DNA of 64,000 nt from Basidiobolus meristosporus CBS 931.73 (GCA_002104905.1 MCFE01000062.1:62001-126000); one strand, 5' to 3'; counted from the first letter of the stretch, positions 1-11,933 are shown. Numbers and translations are program-made. Notes: generated by a model not told the origin, from the letters alone.

Positions 1-488
1 GCTCTTCCCTGTGATGGCGCAACATCCTATCTAACATGGCCCCTTCAAAGTTTTCACTAGTTAGCTGGTAAACTCAAAATGTTGGCTACCTCGGCAATGC
101 TGAATATATACATCTGATGGTGCCTGCCCTGCTTGCAAGTAGATACGGGACTTGAAAGTGCTCTAGTTATTCCTATTTGGTGATATTTCCTATCTTTTCG
201 GGGCTGGAAATGCTGGGATAGTAAAATGATAGGATTGTGTGTATATTAATGAGGCTGTTGAGGTATTCTGTTGCTAAACTTGTGAAAATCCACAAAAGGA
301 ACAGGTACTCTATGTTTACTATACAAACCAGTAAGTGAGTGCCATATTTTCCTCTCTAATTTCCTCACTGGCCTCTAATAGCAACATTTTAAATCTATTC
401 TTTGTGGTCAAGAAGTCCCCAAGCCATGACATAGACTCATAAGTATGTGTCAGATTTCTTCCCATCTCCTTTTATACTTACTTCTATT

Positions 489-833
489 TGTTGTAAACTT
501 TGTATTTACATCAAAATCTTCACCTAACTCAGTCACTTAGATCATTGTCTACAAATCTTAGAGAATTCTGGCCAAATTCCTGGTCGAGATTTATATAGAG
601 CATTTTCTGCAAGACATCAGGTACCCCAAACATGGAAAATCTCAAAGTTGCCTAAGCAGGCCCATGCCTCTCAAACCTCTTCTTGGGACTTTCTTAAGCA
701 TATTTTACTTATTTGTTTTGCCAAGACCATGTAACAGTATAAATACCACTCTTACATTCAATACATCATTAGGTGAAAACCACAAATCCACTTGCTCTCA
801 ATGCACCTTTCAGTATCTCAATAGACTCTTTCA
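489..833 (+). mobile_element. Degenerate LTR of the Ty1/copia family (family A)
   Basis: Starts TGTTGTAAA and aligns over ~345 bp with the family-A LTRs at 1485-1834, 17358-17704, 23988-24334 and 32968-33316 (shared blocks caccTAACTtAGTCACTTAGATCAT, GGTACCC, CTTGGGAC, TTACATTCAATA). Confidence 0.8.
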
Positions 834-1423
834 GAGAATATCTGCATCAACCCAGAAACTTGGATCCTAGCTTATATACTTTCTTACTTGCTGCACAAAT
901 TTCTTGTCATGAAGTATATAGTTCACTTGGATTGATATTACAGGTACCCAGAGCATGAAAAATTTCCAAGTTATTCCAGAAGTTCCTCACTTTGCACACA
1001 TACACTTGGTATTCCCTATAACACATTCTAAATGTTTGCTTCATCAAGAAAAAATAAAATTACAATGCCACTTTTATATATGATAAACCATGAGTGAAGA
1101 CTATATTCTAGTAGTCCTCCTAGTTGCTTCCAATATTCTGGAGACTCCAACTGCCTAGTAAGGGAATATGTATATATTACACATTATTTCTCCATATCAC
1201 TGTTTGTGACTCTTGTTGCAAGATTCTAAGGAATATTGGCAATGATTTGTTTGTTGTCATGTTGAGTTGAAGTAATACATTTATACTTTCAGGAGAGCTT
1301 TGCAAAGCCAACAACATAAATTCATCACAAGAGGCTTCTGTCCTGGTTTTATTCATTGTAAAATTGGTATTTGCACCTATATAGTCCATTAACTTGGTTG
1401 CTTGGATGATTGCGTATGATCCT

Positions 1424-2410
1424 TACTATACCTCTTGTCCAAATTCCTGGTCAGGATCTATTTGGAATATTTTCACCAAAATGTTGTTGTAAAAATTCTT
1501 ATTTCCACCTAAATATTCACCTAACTTAGTCACTTAGATCATCACCTTCAAATCCTAGAGAATACTGACCAAAATTCCTTGTTGGGATTTACTTAGAATA
1601 TTATCACCAAAATACCAGGTACCCAGAACATGAAAATTCTCAAAGTTGTCCAAACAGCCCCAAACTTTGCACACATGTTCTTGGGACCCTCCTTAACCTA
1701 TTCTACATGCTTGTAATGCCAAGACCAGGTAAAAGTATTAATATTGCTTTTACATTCAATAAATCATTCAGTGAGAACCACATAATCTACTTGTTCTCCC
1801 AATCACTTCCAATATCTCCAAGACTCTTACAACATTAGGTTCACATGAGTATTGACCAAGAAGTGATATGATAGCATTACATTGTTGAAGGTCAAACTGT
1901 TATCCCCATGGATAAGACTACTTTGACTCAAAGCTGTAAGAGAAGAGAAAGAAGACCATATTGCTATTGTGGCAAGCCTCTGAGCCATGAAGCATGCAGA
2001 CAGCATAGGAAGTATTACAAGGATCATGTTCTTGGGACCTTCCTTAACCTATTCTACGTGTTTGTTATGCCAAGACCAGGTAAAAGTATAAATACTACTT
2101 TTACATTCAATAAATCATTAAGTGAAAACCACACAATCTACTTGTCCTCCCAATCACTTCCAATATCTCCAAGACTCTTACAACAAATGTGAAGTACCCA
2201 GAGCATGAGAATTTGATGAGCTGTCCAAAAGCCCCCAAACTGTGCGTGCATGCTCCTGAGATCTTCTTTGGCAGGCAACATGTATAATATGCCAAAGCTA
2301 TACAAAAGATAAGCACCACTTTTACATTCAATAAATAATCAAAGGAAAACCAATCACATAAACCATTAGTTCTCCAAATCACTTACAACATCTCCAAGAC
2401 CCTCACAGCA
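1424..2410 (+). mobile_element. Old family-A LTR remnant (1424-1484 plus 2191-2410) split by a younger LTR composite
   Basis: The left piece ends ttttcaccaaaatgt and the right piece resumes gaagtacccagagcatgag, collinear with the LTR consensus ttttcaccaaaatatcaggtacccagaacatg. Confidence 0.7.
1485..2185 (+). mobile_element. Composite copia LTR unit: full LTR (1485-1834) + ~190-bp CACTA-transposase fragment + 3' half of the LTR (2025-2185), with 5-bp TSD AATGT
   Basis: TG..CA ends; AATGT at 1480-1484 and 2186-2190; the middle matches 45225-45410 and, inverted, ~22910-23100. Confidence 0.8.
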
Positions 2411-5066
2411 TTGTTTGGCTGATGATATTGTAAGTATAACTGAATAAATTACTTAGTCCCCACTTGACTCATCAAGTAAAAAGGAAGATTTAGACCAATA
2501 CTTTTGCTTTAATTATTCAATATTGTGGAATCATTGAAATGATGGAACTTTGAAGCATCCAATATACTGCCAAACTTCAGATTTGAAATCAATTCAAATA
2601 TATTTCTTTTAGAAATACTGATTCAACTGCTCAGTCATTCAAAAGCACCCATAGTGTGTGCTTTTAAAAACTTGTTGAAAGTATTAAAATATTCATGCTC
2701 ATATGGCTCTACACAAGTACAAAAAATTTCTTGATATTGGAAACAAATGTTGAACCTGCACCTATATGACATATTCCTTTCACTAATGCTAGTTTGCACA
2801 GATATTGAGGATAGCGACTAGTTAAGCGTTTCCAAACTTGAATATTTCTTGGATATATGATAGCAAGTGTTTCCGGCAGTGAATCGGAAAGTATGGCACT
2901 TCATTTGTTCTCCCTATCGCCACACTCATTTTGCCTGGGCTTGTGGTGCAAGAGTTGTATATTAGTATCATTCTATTTTGGTAGTAGCAGTAGTAGAATG
3001 TTGGCATGGAATGCCGCTTGGCTGCTCGTCTATATTTATAGTAAAGGATATTTCAACTAGGCTTTCACAAACTCATCAAGCTCCGGAACATTATTCAAGG
3101 CTAGCCGGGCGTGACAACCCGCAATTACAAGTTTTTACCTAGCTATTCATATACGTATATTTTACTCAAGCCGAGCGGCTGGAGCTGAAGTATTTTCACA
3201 CTCCTGAAGAACCATAGAAGATATGCTACGAAATTGAAATCAAAGTTCAACCTCTGAATTACTGAATATGAAATTGGCTATATGGATAATGGAGTGTAGA
3301 GCTAATTATTTGCAACTAGTTGATAATATTAGTAGTAGTGGCCCCATGAGTACCGGCAGCAGTAGTACCAAGACCATATCAGCAGTTTTTTAGATAATTT
3401 CCAATCTACAGAACACAGGTAATTATAACCCTCGGCTTGTATAATGAATAACATCATTTGTACCGTCATTTGACATCACATTATTACCGTCTGATTAGGA
3501 TTAAAACCTCCTGCTCCAGTCAACCAGGAACAACCATGATTATTATACCTCGTGCCTCTAGATTGGACTATGGAGCGCTGGTAGGGCGTGCTGTTGTTTG
3601 AGGATTACAAGTGGCTGGGATAGGGTCGACTGAAATAAGCTCCATTGTTAAAAATCCAGGTAGTTTGTATGGACGAATGAGCGAGCCCTAATCAGTTTCA
3701 AGAGCACGCACCTGTGGAAGATTCACACCACCGTTACAGATACGTGTGCTGGATTCAGTATATTCAACAGAATACTTTTTATTCGCAATCGGATGCTCTG
3801 GAAGCGATGATGCGCAGCTGGGAGTATTTCCGATCCATTAGCCACCCGGCGAGTGTAGTCTCCGAGTTCAAGATTCACATAGCATATGAAACCTCTTTTG
3901 TTGTAACCTGTACAAAGTGCGTCGCCTCTTTTACCAAACAATTATTAGTCGCCCAGTCTAGATAACCATAATGGCCGGGCTCACAAAGGATTAGTTGCAC
4001 TGCATGGGAGCCTACCATCAGTAATATCTGGTAATTCATCTTGCGACAATCTACCATTGGCCAAGTGTCTTCATGGCATAATTTAATACTTGATCATATG
4101 ATTACAACATACCATCATACTCCATCAGCACTGCTATTACACTATTTCGTGCCTCTTGGATTCCACCAGTGTTTAGGTTATACTACTTCGTAATGTGTTT
4201 TCCTAACCTCTAACCAGGCAGTTATCTAACCTACAAATGTGACATCCAACTATTGGAGGTGCCCTAAATACTAGCTTAAAGCTGTTGGGAGCTGTTGGGA
4301 ATTCTTGATTCAGCCAGATTAGTAAAAATCTCAGGGATACTAGGTAGGAGGAGCACATGCACTGGAAACGCACCTCCACTGATTGTACACTTTCCGAATC
4401 GATTCCAAGGCTCCTGCCGAATTGATGAAACACGAGGATAACTATGGCTTTATCAAGGTATCATCAGACCGCATGGCTAGGATGGTACAGAATCAAGTTA
4501 CCAAACTTCCCTAAACCCAAGTCAAACCGGAGATTGAAGTGGGTCTTATCCTTGAAACCAGAGTTCATGGCCTTGGGTATGGATGGAGACGACTTAATGC
4601 GGTGGAAACCTGATGCACATGGTCACTAATCTCTTGGCTGCACCATTGGTTTCAGCTGGAGGTCATGCTCAGTCAAACACCGTTCAGCCAGCTGAGCCTC
4701 GGCAAGTTCTCCACGAAGCTCATTGCATTCAACACACGAAACCTCAGGTCTGTGGGGATAGTTCAGGGCGATCGTGAGAGGACAATGCTATGTGGATGGC
4801 CCTGAGCGGCGTGGTAGACTATAGACTGCGTGGTTGAGACAAAGCGGTTTTATTGGATTTACCAAGAATCTCATGATTCAAGAAGGCTACAATATACAGA
4901 CTCGTGCGAGTTCGAGGAAAGCGCCCTACGATGGCGCGGGTGTTATGATTAACTATTAGACAATCGAAATAAAGAGGAATTGAATCAGACGGGACTAAGG
5001 TTCGGTGGAGTGGTTAATTTTACATGGAAGGTGAGGATACAACAAATATGCATGATCAAAAGTTGG

Positions 5067-6302
5067 CTAATATCTTTTCACGTGCATATTTCGTCTCAGC
5101 TCGACCTCCTCAGTAAAATGGTTGTGATGCCCATGAATCGTTTCACAGTCATCACACACCTCAATGCCCTTGAACCACTCATTCTCTAGGATTTCCTGAA
5201 CAGTAATGCGCTCACTAGGGTTTGGTTCCAGTATGCGCATGAGAAGCTCGCGACAACCAGGCGGCAGCTTGTTCAACGGTTCGTAGGTTCCAAGACGTCG
5301 GTGTTCAAGATAGTTTTTGTAGTTGGGGTCATTCTTGGTGGCAGTGCGGAAAGGAATCCCGTGGTATGTCATGGCGTAGTAAACGATCCCACAGGCCCAG
5401 ATATCGACCTCGCGGCCATCGTACTCTTTTTTGGTAAACGCCTCGGGAGCAATATATGGTTCAGAGCCGCAAATTCCCCTGGAGAGATGTGGTTGCTGCT
5501 CCCAACACATCCTGAAGACGTCCGAAACCCCAAAATCAGTGATCTTCAGATGCCCATGGTCATCTAGAAGAAGGTTCTCGGGCTTGATGTCACGGTGAGC
5601 GACACCCATGGAGTGCAAATACGCAACGCCATGGATCAATTGTTTAAAGCAACAGTTGATCTCGGTGGTTGACATTCTACCGTTCTTTATCACGTTATAC
5701 AGGTCACCGCCAGAGCAGAACTCCATGACCTCGCACCATCGATTGTTTTCATCCAACACGAGATCAACCGTTTCAACGACATTAACGTGGTGAAGTGAAG
5801 AGGAGATGCAGAACTCGGACGTTAATTTCTTCACGTATTCTCGCTCACCTTCGTCCTTTCTGCGACGACGGAAGGACTTCACGGCGTAGAGTTTTTCATC
5901 CTCCAGGGACCCAACATAATCGATTCTATGAGCTAGACGAACGACAGCCGTTGCCCCACGACCGATACAGCCCTTGTCGCACTTGTATTTTTTGTGGAGG
6001 AAATTATCCCCTTTGTATCCTGGTCGCTTGCAGTCCCCACTGTCGGAAGGCGGAGGCGAGTTGAAAATCCGCTGCAGCAGATTTTTCTTGGTCTGCTCAA
6101 CCTCGGGGTCGTCTGCGTACTGATTCTCGTTGTCTGGCTCGGGCAGTGGCAGAGAGAGCACGTTGTTGGGAGCCGTCTTGAAGAAAGCGGGCTTCTCGCT
6201 GCGAAATCCCGGCTTTCTTTCGCTCAAGAGCCCGGGCTCCGCTCTACGACGGACATTAGAATCCATAGCAGGGGCCCAGAAGTCGGGAGAAAATGTGACC
6301 AT
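5067..6302 (-). CDS. Ser/Thr protein kinase of the fungal HAL/NPR family (HRK1/SAT4/PTK2-like), 411 aa
   Basis: Intact ORF with IGRGATAVV, YAVKSF, KKLTSEFCISSSLHHVNVVETVDL (HAL-family signature), HRDIKPEN, TDFG, GSEPYIAPE and DIWACG. Confidence 0.93.
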   Translation of the reverse strand: MVTFSPDFWAPAMDSNVRRRAEPGLLSERKPGFRSEKPAFFKTAPNNVLSLPLPEPDNENQYADDPEVEQTKKNLLQRIFNSPPPSDSGDCKRPGYKGDNFLHKKYKCDKGCIGRGATAVVRLAHRIDYVGSLEDEKLYAVKSFRRRRKDEGEREYVKKLTSEFCISSSLHHVNVVETVDLVLDENNRWCEVMEFCSGGDLYNVIKNGRMSTTEINCCFKQLIHGVAYLHSMGVAHRDIKPENLLLDDHGHLKITDFGVSDVFRMCWEQQPHLSRGICGSEPYIAPEAFTKKEYDGREVDIWACGIVYYAMTYHGIPFRTATKNDPNYKNYLEHRRLGTYEPLNKLPPGCRELLMRILEPNPSERITVQEILENEWFKGIEVCDDCETIHGHHNHFTEEVELRRNMHVKRY

Positions 6303-8348
6303 GTCTTCTTACAATACAGATATATCAAACCAACCAGCACAAATACGAAGGCAAACGCAGAGCAAGCAGGGTGGTGATTAGCGAGGATAGCTGAATACCA
6401 GGATAGAAATCAGTCAGCCACTTGGAGGTTAAATACTTCAAGATGTCTGCAACAAGTTTGATCAATGACAGTAGGAACTTGGATGCAGGAATACCAATGG
6501 GTATTTATCCAAATGTTGGCACTAGAAAAATACCGAGATTGGGCGGCCGTTTATGGAGTGGAGAAGCAATAAAATTTACTAGGGCTCGATGATTGGGCAC
6601 TTCTCAGTCTAATACACCCTACGAAAATCGGATCTATAAGTAGTATATGATAGGTGTGATGGGTACGAAGGTAAGTCCAAGAGTTTCAGGTTTTCTGGAC
6701 ACCCCTGCGGTGAAAATTTTGGAATGGACTCAGCAACTGAGATCTATAGGGATAGTCCAAGAAAAGCGCAGACAACCTTGTCCACATGTAGGAATCCCAA
6801 CCCCAATCGGACCCATACCAGACACTGAAGATTCCCCAAATTATAGGTATTTAACATGGCTGCATTATGGAGGGAATTTGGGCAATATGGCTAAAATGCC
6901 AAATGCGGATTTTTCTTTTCTTCACTAATAAGCTTAATATGTGCGGGACCATGGAACTCTCCAATCAAGTAAATGATTTAATCAAAAAGGATAGAGTTGA
7001 GCAGGGGCAATCGAAATTCGGTCGGTCATCTCGCACAGCGGATTGATCGTGTTGATGGCCACACTATGGTCGCATTATACGGCAACTTGATTAATTGGGC
7101 AAAGTGGGAGCTCAGTAGGCTCATTCATTTGTACACCCATACCCCCACTCAAATAAGGAATCATATGTAGAGATGGGTATCCAAAATGAGCGACGGATGT
7201 CACCAATTACCGGCACCAACCCCTCCCGTGTTACATCAGATGTACGTGTCGAGGTGTTTGAGAACCTCTTGGTGTGTGGCTATTCATCACCCGCTGCACC
7301 GACACTCAGCCCATCGGCCATTGCAGCATGTTAGAAAGCGGAGGCAGAGTTACATCATGGACATATGGAACCCTGCGTTTGAAAGAGCTGGGATGATTCG
7401 ATTCAGCAACCATAGCACTCAACCCCAATGAGCCAAATGAATCAAACAGGCCTGAGTCGTGTTATGCTCGTTATTGATGCGAGAGAGGCCCAACACTGAA
7501 AATGAAATCTACACGGTGGCCCTAATCGAGACTCTACGTCTAGAATCTTCATACGAATGTGGAACTTCCTGGCGCTGGTTTGATAGGTATTAGATCACAG
7601 CAAAGTATGGAATGCGCCGCACGATGATCATAAATTTGGCTATAGTAAAATGTACTCTAAATGTAACCTAAAGCTAGCCATATTTGTATCCAAGGATCTG
7701 CAAGCCATCCATTCGCTAATGAGTCTGACGAAGGTACCATCCAGTGGTTCCCGCTTCAACTCAATTTATTCTCATTATATTGGGCGTGGCTGGGTGTAGC
7801 ATTATGCAAATAAAACGGTTGCAGATTATCAACATTGCAATTTCAACCATTGATATTAGAGGCCAGCTGCCGTCTACATTGAAACCATCCAGCTGGTAAA
7901 TCCATCCAATTTTGCAGTCAGCTGGGGCCTACGAGTCAGGCCATATGCGACGATTATGCCAGATGGAGATGGTGATATTGGGAACTACACTGCGCCAGAT
8001 CAACCCGTCACTGGCTTATCCTCCCAGATCACCTCGAATCGGCTCAGTAATTCTGGAGCAATTAGACGCTGTATAATCATTGACTTTCCCGGGCATTAAT
8101 CTTATGTCGGGTCACGTTTCCTTTTGTGACCTACTCCCAAGTACATCACCACATACAAAGTACAACTCGATGGGTGGAGTCGAAACCTATAACCGCCAGT
8201 TCTCAGTCCGGACCGTATGTCTATGGATTAATAGGCGGTAAGCAACAGGCTTCTCAGAGACATTGTGTGATCCGAGTGCCTAAGTGCAATACATGTCCAC
8301 CACCTCCAATATATTTTATTCAGCAACGAACGGCTTTACAATGTACAT

Positions 8349-8977
8349 TTAGCTGATTGGCTGCGAACCCGACTTATTACTTGTCTTGTTTATTGCCTCG
8401 TCCTCAGCGCTCCACTCCATCTCCGGCTCCATCCCAACATCAGGCTTCTGGTTGGTCAATGTTTGAAGAGCCTCCTCAAATTTCGGCTTTACGTTGGTCT
8501 TCGTCATGTAGACTAGTTCATCTGGATTCTTAACTAGAAAACGGTCGGAGTGACTGTCTTCGATATGTTTCATACTCGAACGGATCGCCTCGGCTAAGAT
8601 TCACGATTGAGGAGATTAGCATGATGGGGACTGTAGACGCCTGCCAGCCAACCAAGCTTACCCGTCACTCTATAGCCCACCGCGGCGTCACCTTGCTTTG
8701 AAACTTCATTCGGCTGACGTACAGAAACCCTAAACATGTGCTGTAAAATGCGACTAAGTTTGCTGCACCGTCCCAACTTTGATTTACTTGATGTTACCTT
8801 GGGGGATTTGGAATCCAGGAATCTGGACATTTCATCTACGGTGTAGGATTGGTGGGGCGAATCATCGCGCAATAAAGACGATGTCGAAAAACGGGCAGCA
8901 TAGACGCTAGCTGGCATCCGCAACAGAGAGGGCTTAAGTGTAAAGAGGCTTGTGGCAAGATATCTTTGATGCGGCAT
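8349..8977 (-). CDS. Two-exon gene for a ~186-aa putative mitochondrial protein of unknown function (exons 8977-8662 and 8593-8349)
   Basis: A 68-nt intron (8661-8594) has GTAAGC donor, GCTAAT branch point and TTAG acceptor. Phase-1 splicing joins the two track ORFs in frame (..GYRVT-AEAIRSSMKHIED..). The N-terminus is Arg/Ser/Leu-rich and free of acidic residues (..VYAARFSTSSLLR), like a presequence. Confidence 0.72.
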
Positions 8978-10778
8978 ATTGTGACTGGGTTAATGGGATT
9001 ATCAATCAGTGAAGTGCAATAGAGTCAGTGCTTTTATATCGTTGTAAAGGATATCTAGGCGTCTGATTAAAAGAGGTACTGCTTATTGAGTATAGGCTGG
9101 GGTTTATGTAAGGTTTTCTCAATGAAACTTCTAATCTATAGAAAGGGTGTTCTTGGTAAGCTTAACGTCACTCGCCAACGTCAGCCACGTCTGCATTATT
9201 CGTACAATCGGGCTATTCATGAGTTCATATATCGATCAAGAGTATTGACGTCAACAGCCATTTCATATATGTGAGTAATCACCGAATCCGATGCTTTGAA
9301 TCGGGACTCTGTTACCCTAGCATCGACCAAATTTCTGATGCTAACGATGCAAGACCCCCATTAAAGAGATCTTATTTTTCTGACCAGTGCGTCGGGGATG
9401 CTTCGAAATACTTGGCGATCTCAGTCCGTTGTAATTACATTGAAAGGCGACCACGTTCCAGCTGCCTCTTGTAAACTGTATATGGTATGCAGGTAAAAGG
9501 ATCATTACATCATATGCGGTTCCCTTAAATATCCAGTTCTTTGAGTCATCGATTTTGACCCTAACCCTACTACGTTTTGATAGACCGGAGAAATGTTGGA
9601 TCTTGCCATGGAGTGTCCATTGGATTTCCACTTGATGACCTCAATAATCTCAGTCTATCTTATGTAACGACCTTCTTTCATCATCATAACTGATTGCCAC
9701 CTAGTGGCTTACATGTGACATTTCAGCACCAAGGATAAGCAAGAGCCTATGTTATAACTGAGCTCTGCGTGTTAGAGATCATATTTTTAGGGTATTAGAT
9801 ATGTGATGAACTATTTGACATAATTGTAGAAATGGAAATATAGCTCAGGAACCTCAATAGAATGATGCCCAAAAGCTGGAGGTTAATAGAATATGATGCC
9901 ACTGATCCATCAATTGTACATATTGGAAGCAAGTCCTGATACCGGGAGACCCAGAGGAAATATTAGTTTACACCGTTTTCTGTACCTTGATGCTGTGCAC
10001 TCTAAATTGATATGGGATGCCACTGACACAGTAGAAAAAACCACCACAACACCCATAAATATTATTCTGAGCTTCTCTTAATTGCAACTGGATTCACTCA
10101 ACATAAAAGGTTGCTCATCTGTTCTTGATTATTCTGCACTAGTATAATTAACTTCGATTGGATAGGTGGCAGTCCATCGTTGATCATTCTGATAATCGAT
10201 TGATCGATATATCGATCAAGATATTTGCTCCCGAACGGTTTCGAATTGTAGCTTTCTGGTCTCGCTCTACAACGAAGCCTCTTGTATTGTATATTGCTCA
10301 TACGACCTCGATCGCTCAGGTCGGTTCTAGAAAAATACACCTTGGAATCCTAGATGAATTGCTGAATAATATGCCACCGTGAGGCTGTATATTTCATCTC
10401 ACCAATGCCAGGGAAGGGAAAGCTTCCATTTCGTAGAAAACGTAGGAAACGTAGGAAACAAATGAAATGGTGCGCTCGATTAGAAATCCAAGTGGTGCGA
10501 CTACCAACCCTCATCCTCTGAAAAACGAAGTCCATTTGATATTCTATTTAGAATCACGAAACTAATTCGTGGCTTATCATGAGTGTACATAAATCATAGA
10601 TCTTATTTTCATTGGGGTAGTATCTGTAGAATATATTTTGCGGGGCCACGATATTCCAATGTCGAGATGCCTAATTTGTCTTCGATTTTTCATCAATTTG
10701 AACCAATGGAAAGCAAGAGAATGATCTTTTAACCGTAGCTGGTAAACCAATTTAAGATGCGGGAAAGGTGGAGAAGTC

Positions 10779-10786
10779 TATATAAG
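10779..10786 (+). promoter_or_regulatory. Candidate TATA box of the globin gene
   Basis: TATATAAG ~50 nt upstream of ATG 10836. An AATAAA at 11995-12000 lies downstream of the stop. Confidence 0.4.
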
Positions 10787-10835
10787 CATTTGTCTAGGCT
10801 CGAGGTTTGCCATACAAATCATTCCTCAATTTAGT

Positions 10836-11933
10836 ATGTCTGCTGTCGAACAAACCCTTTACGAAACCCTTGGCGGGGAAGAGACCATCGGAAAAGTGGT
10901 TGATGTCTTCTACAACAAATATGTCCTCAACGATGATAGAATTAAAGATTTCTTTGTTGGTGTTGACATGGAAAAACAACGCCTCATGCAAACCAAATTC
11001 CTGGCCTTTGCTTTCGGAGGACCTGCCTTTAATGGAAAGAAGATGAACGTCGCCCATCGCCACCTCAAATTGAAGGACGAACACTTCGATGCAGTCATTG
11101 ATGATCTTGGTAAGGCTCTGCGTGATTTTGATGTGTCCGACGAGATTATTGCCAAGATCGTCGCCGTTGCGGAAACCACCCGTGACGATGTCCTGGGACG
11201 TACCGAGAAGAGTGCCCCAGTTGTTCCCGAGATGGAACATGTGGATCGTGAGCTCCTACACACTGATCCCATCTACCGTTTCCAGTACGTCGCCAAGTTT
11301 GTTGATTTCTCGGATAAGGACGTTGAGGCCATCAAGTCGGTTGCTGAACAACTTGCTCCTCTGGGCTCAGTCTTGGTTGACGCTGTTTATGACAAACTTC
11401 ACAAATTCGATGTTACTTGGGCATCAATGGCCAAGCGCCACGAGGGCTATTCCGGCCAAGTGGTTGAAAATGTCGATGATCTCGGCGTCGACAGCTCTCA
11501 GATCAAGTATCGCAAAGACATGCTTACTCGTTATATTGGTCGCCTTCTGACTAACCCATACGATGAGCGCATGATCAAATATCTTGATTGGGTAGCCAAG
11601 ATTCATACCGATATTCCCGGAAAGCAATCCAAGATCAACGTTGAATACATTCACATCTCCGCCCTTCTTGGCTTTGTCGAATCCACCTTGATTTGGGCCA
11701 TCAGCACCCTCAAACTCGAAAGAGAACACGAACTCCGCGTGATTCTTGCATTCAACAAGGTTTTGTGGTTGCAGAACGACTTCTTTGCCAAGTACTACGC
11801 TAAGGATGGCTCGGACGTTCCCAACTCGTTTGGCCTTCATGCCCACCCTCCCAAGTCCAAGTTCAGTCTCCAGAGCGCCATTATTGGTGGAGCTGTTGCT
11901 GCCATTGGTTTCCTAGTGGCTCGTCGCCTTTAA
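10836..11933 (+). CDS. Two-domain globin, 365 aa: group-1 truncated haemoglobin (aa ~1-122) + protoglobin/sensor globin (aa ~133-321) + C-terminal membrane anchor
   Basis: Domain 1: LYETLGG (Gly-Gly motif), FY26 (B10), FF40 (CD1), Q48/Q52 (E7/E11), AFGG, AH74 (F8), EHFDAV. Domain 2: YRFQYVAKFVDF, DAVY185, RKDMLTRY, KIH257T, YIHISALLGFVE, AFNKVLWLQNDFF. Tail: AIIGGAVAAIGFLVARRL. Confidence 0.92.
   Translation: MSAVEQTLYETLGGEETIGKVVDVFYNKYVLNDDRIKDFFVGVDMEKQRLMQTKFLAFAFGGPAFNGKKMNVAHRHLKLKDEHFDAVIDDLGKALRDFDVSDEIIAKIVAVAETTRDDVLGRTEKSAPVVPEMEHVDRELLHTDPIYRFQYVAKFVDFSDKDVEAIKSVAEQLAPLGSVLVDAVYDKLHKFDVTWASMAKRHEGYSGQVVENVDDLGVDSSQIKYRKDMLTRYIGRLLTNPYDERMIKYLDWVAKIHTDIPGKQSKINVEYIHISALLGFVESTLIWAISTLKLEREHELRVILAFNKVLWLQNDFFAKYYAKDGSDVPNSFGLHAHPPKSKFSLQSAIIGGAVAAIGFLVARRL

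Noticed and set aside
1050-1420. Possible TE coding relic
   Set aside because: CpG-poor like the TEs, but I could not align it convincingly to any family in the window.
5301-6381. ORFs antisense to or overlapping the kinase (likewise those over the globin and BCKDHA)
   Set aside because: Shadow ORFs expected from GC-richer coding DNA.
9559-9569. Telomere-like CCCTAACCCTA
   Set aside because: Under two units; expected by chance.
9341-10535. Short ORFs 9341-9631, 10098-10340, 10158-10382, 10350-10535
   Set aside because: No recognisable motif or consistent splice chain.
10836-11933. Horizontal transfer of the globin gene because it is intronless and GlbN-like
   Set aside because: The kinase ORF is also intronless and composition matches the neighbouring genes; this needs phylogeny.
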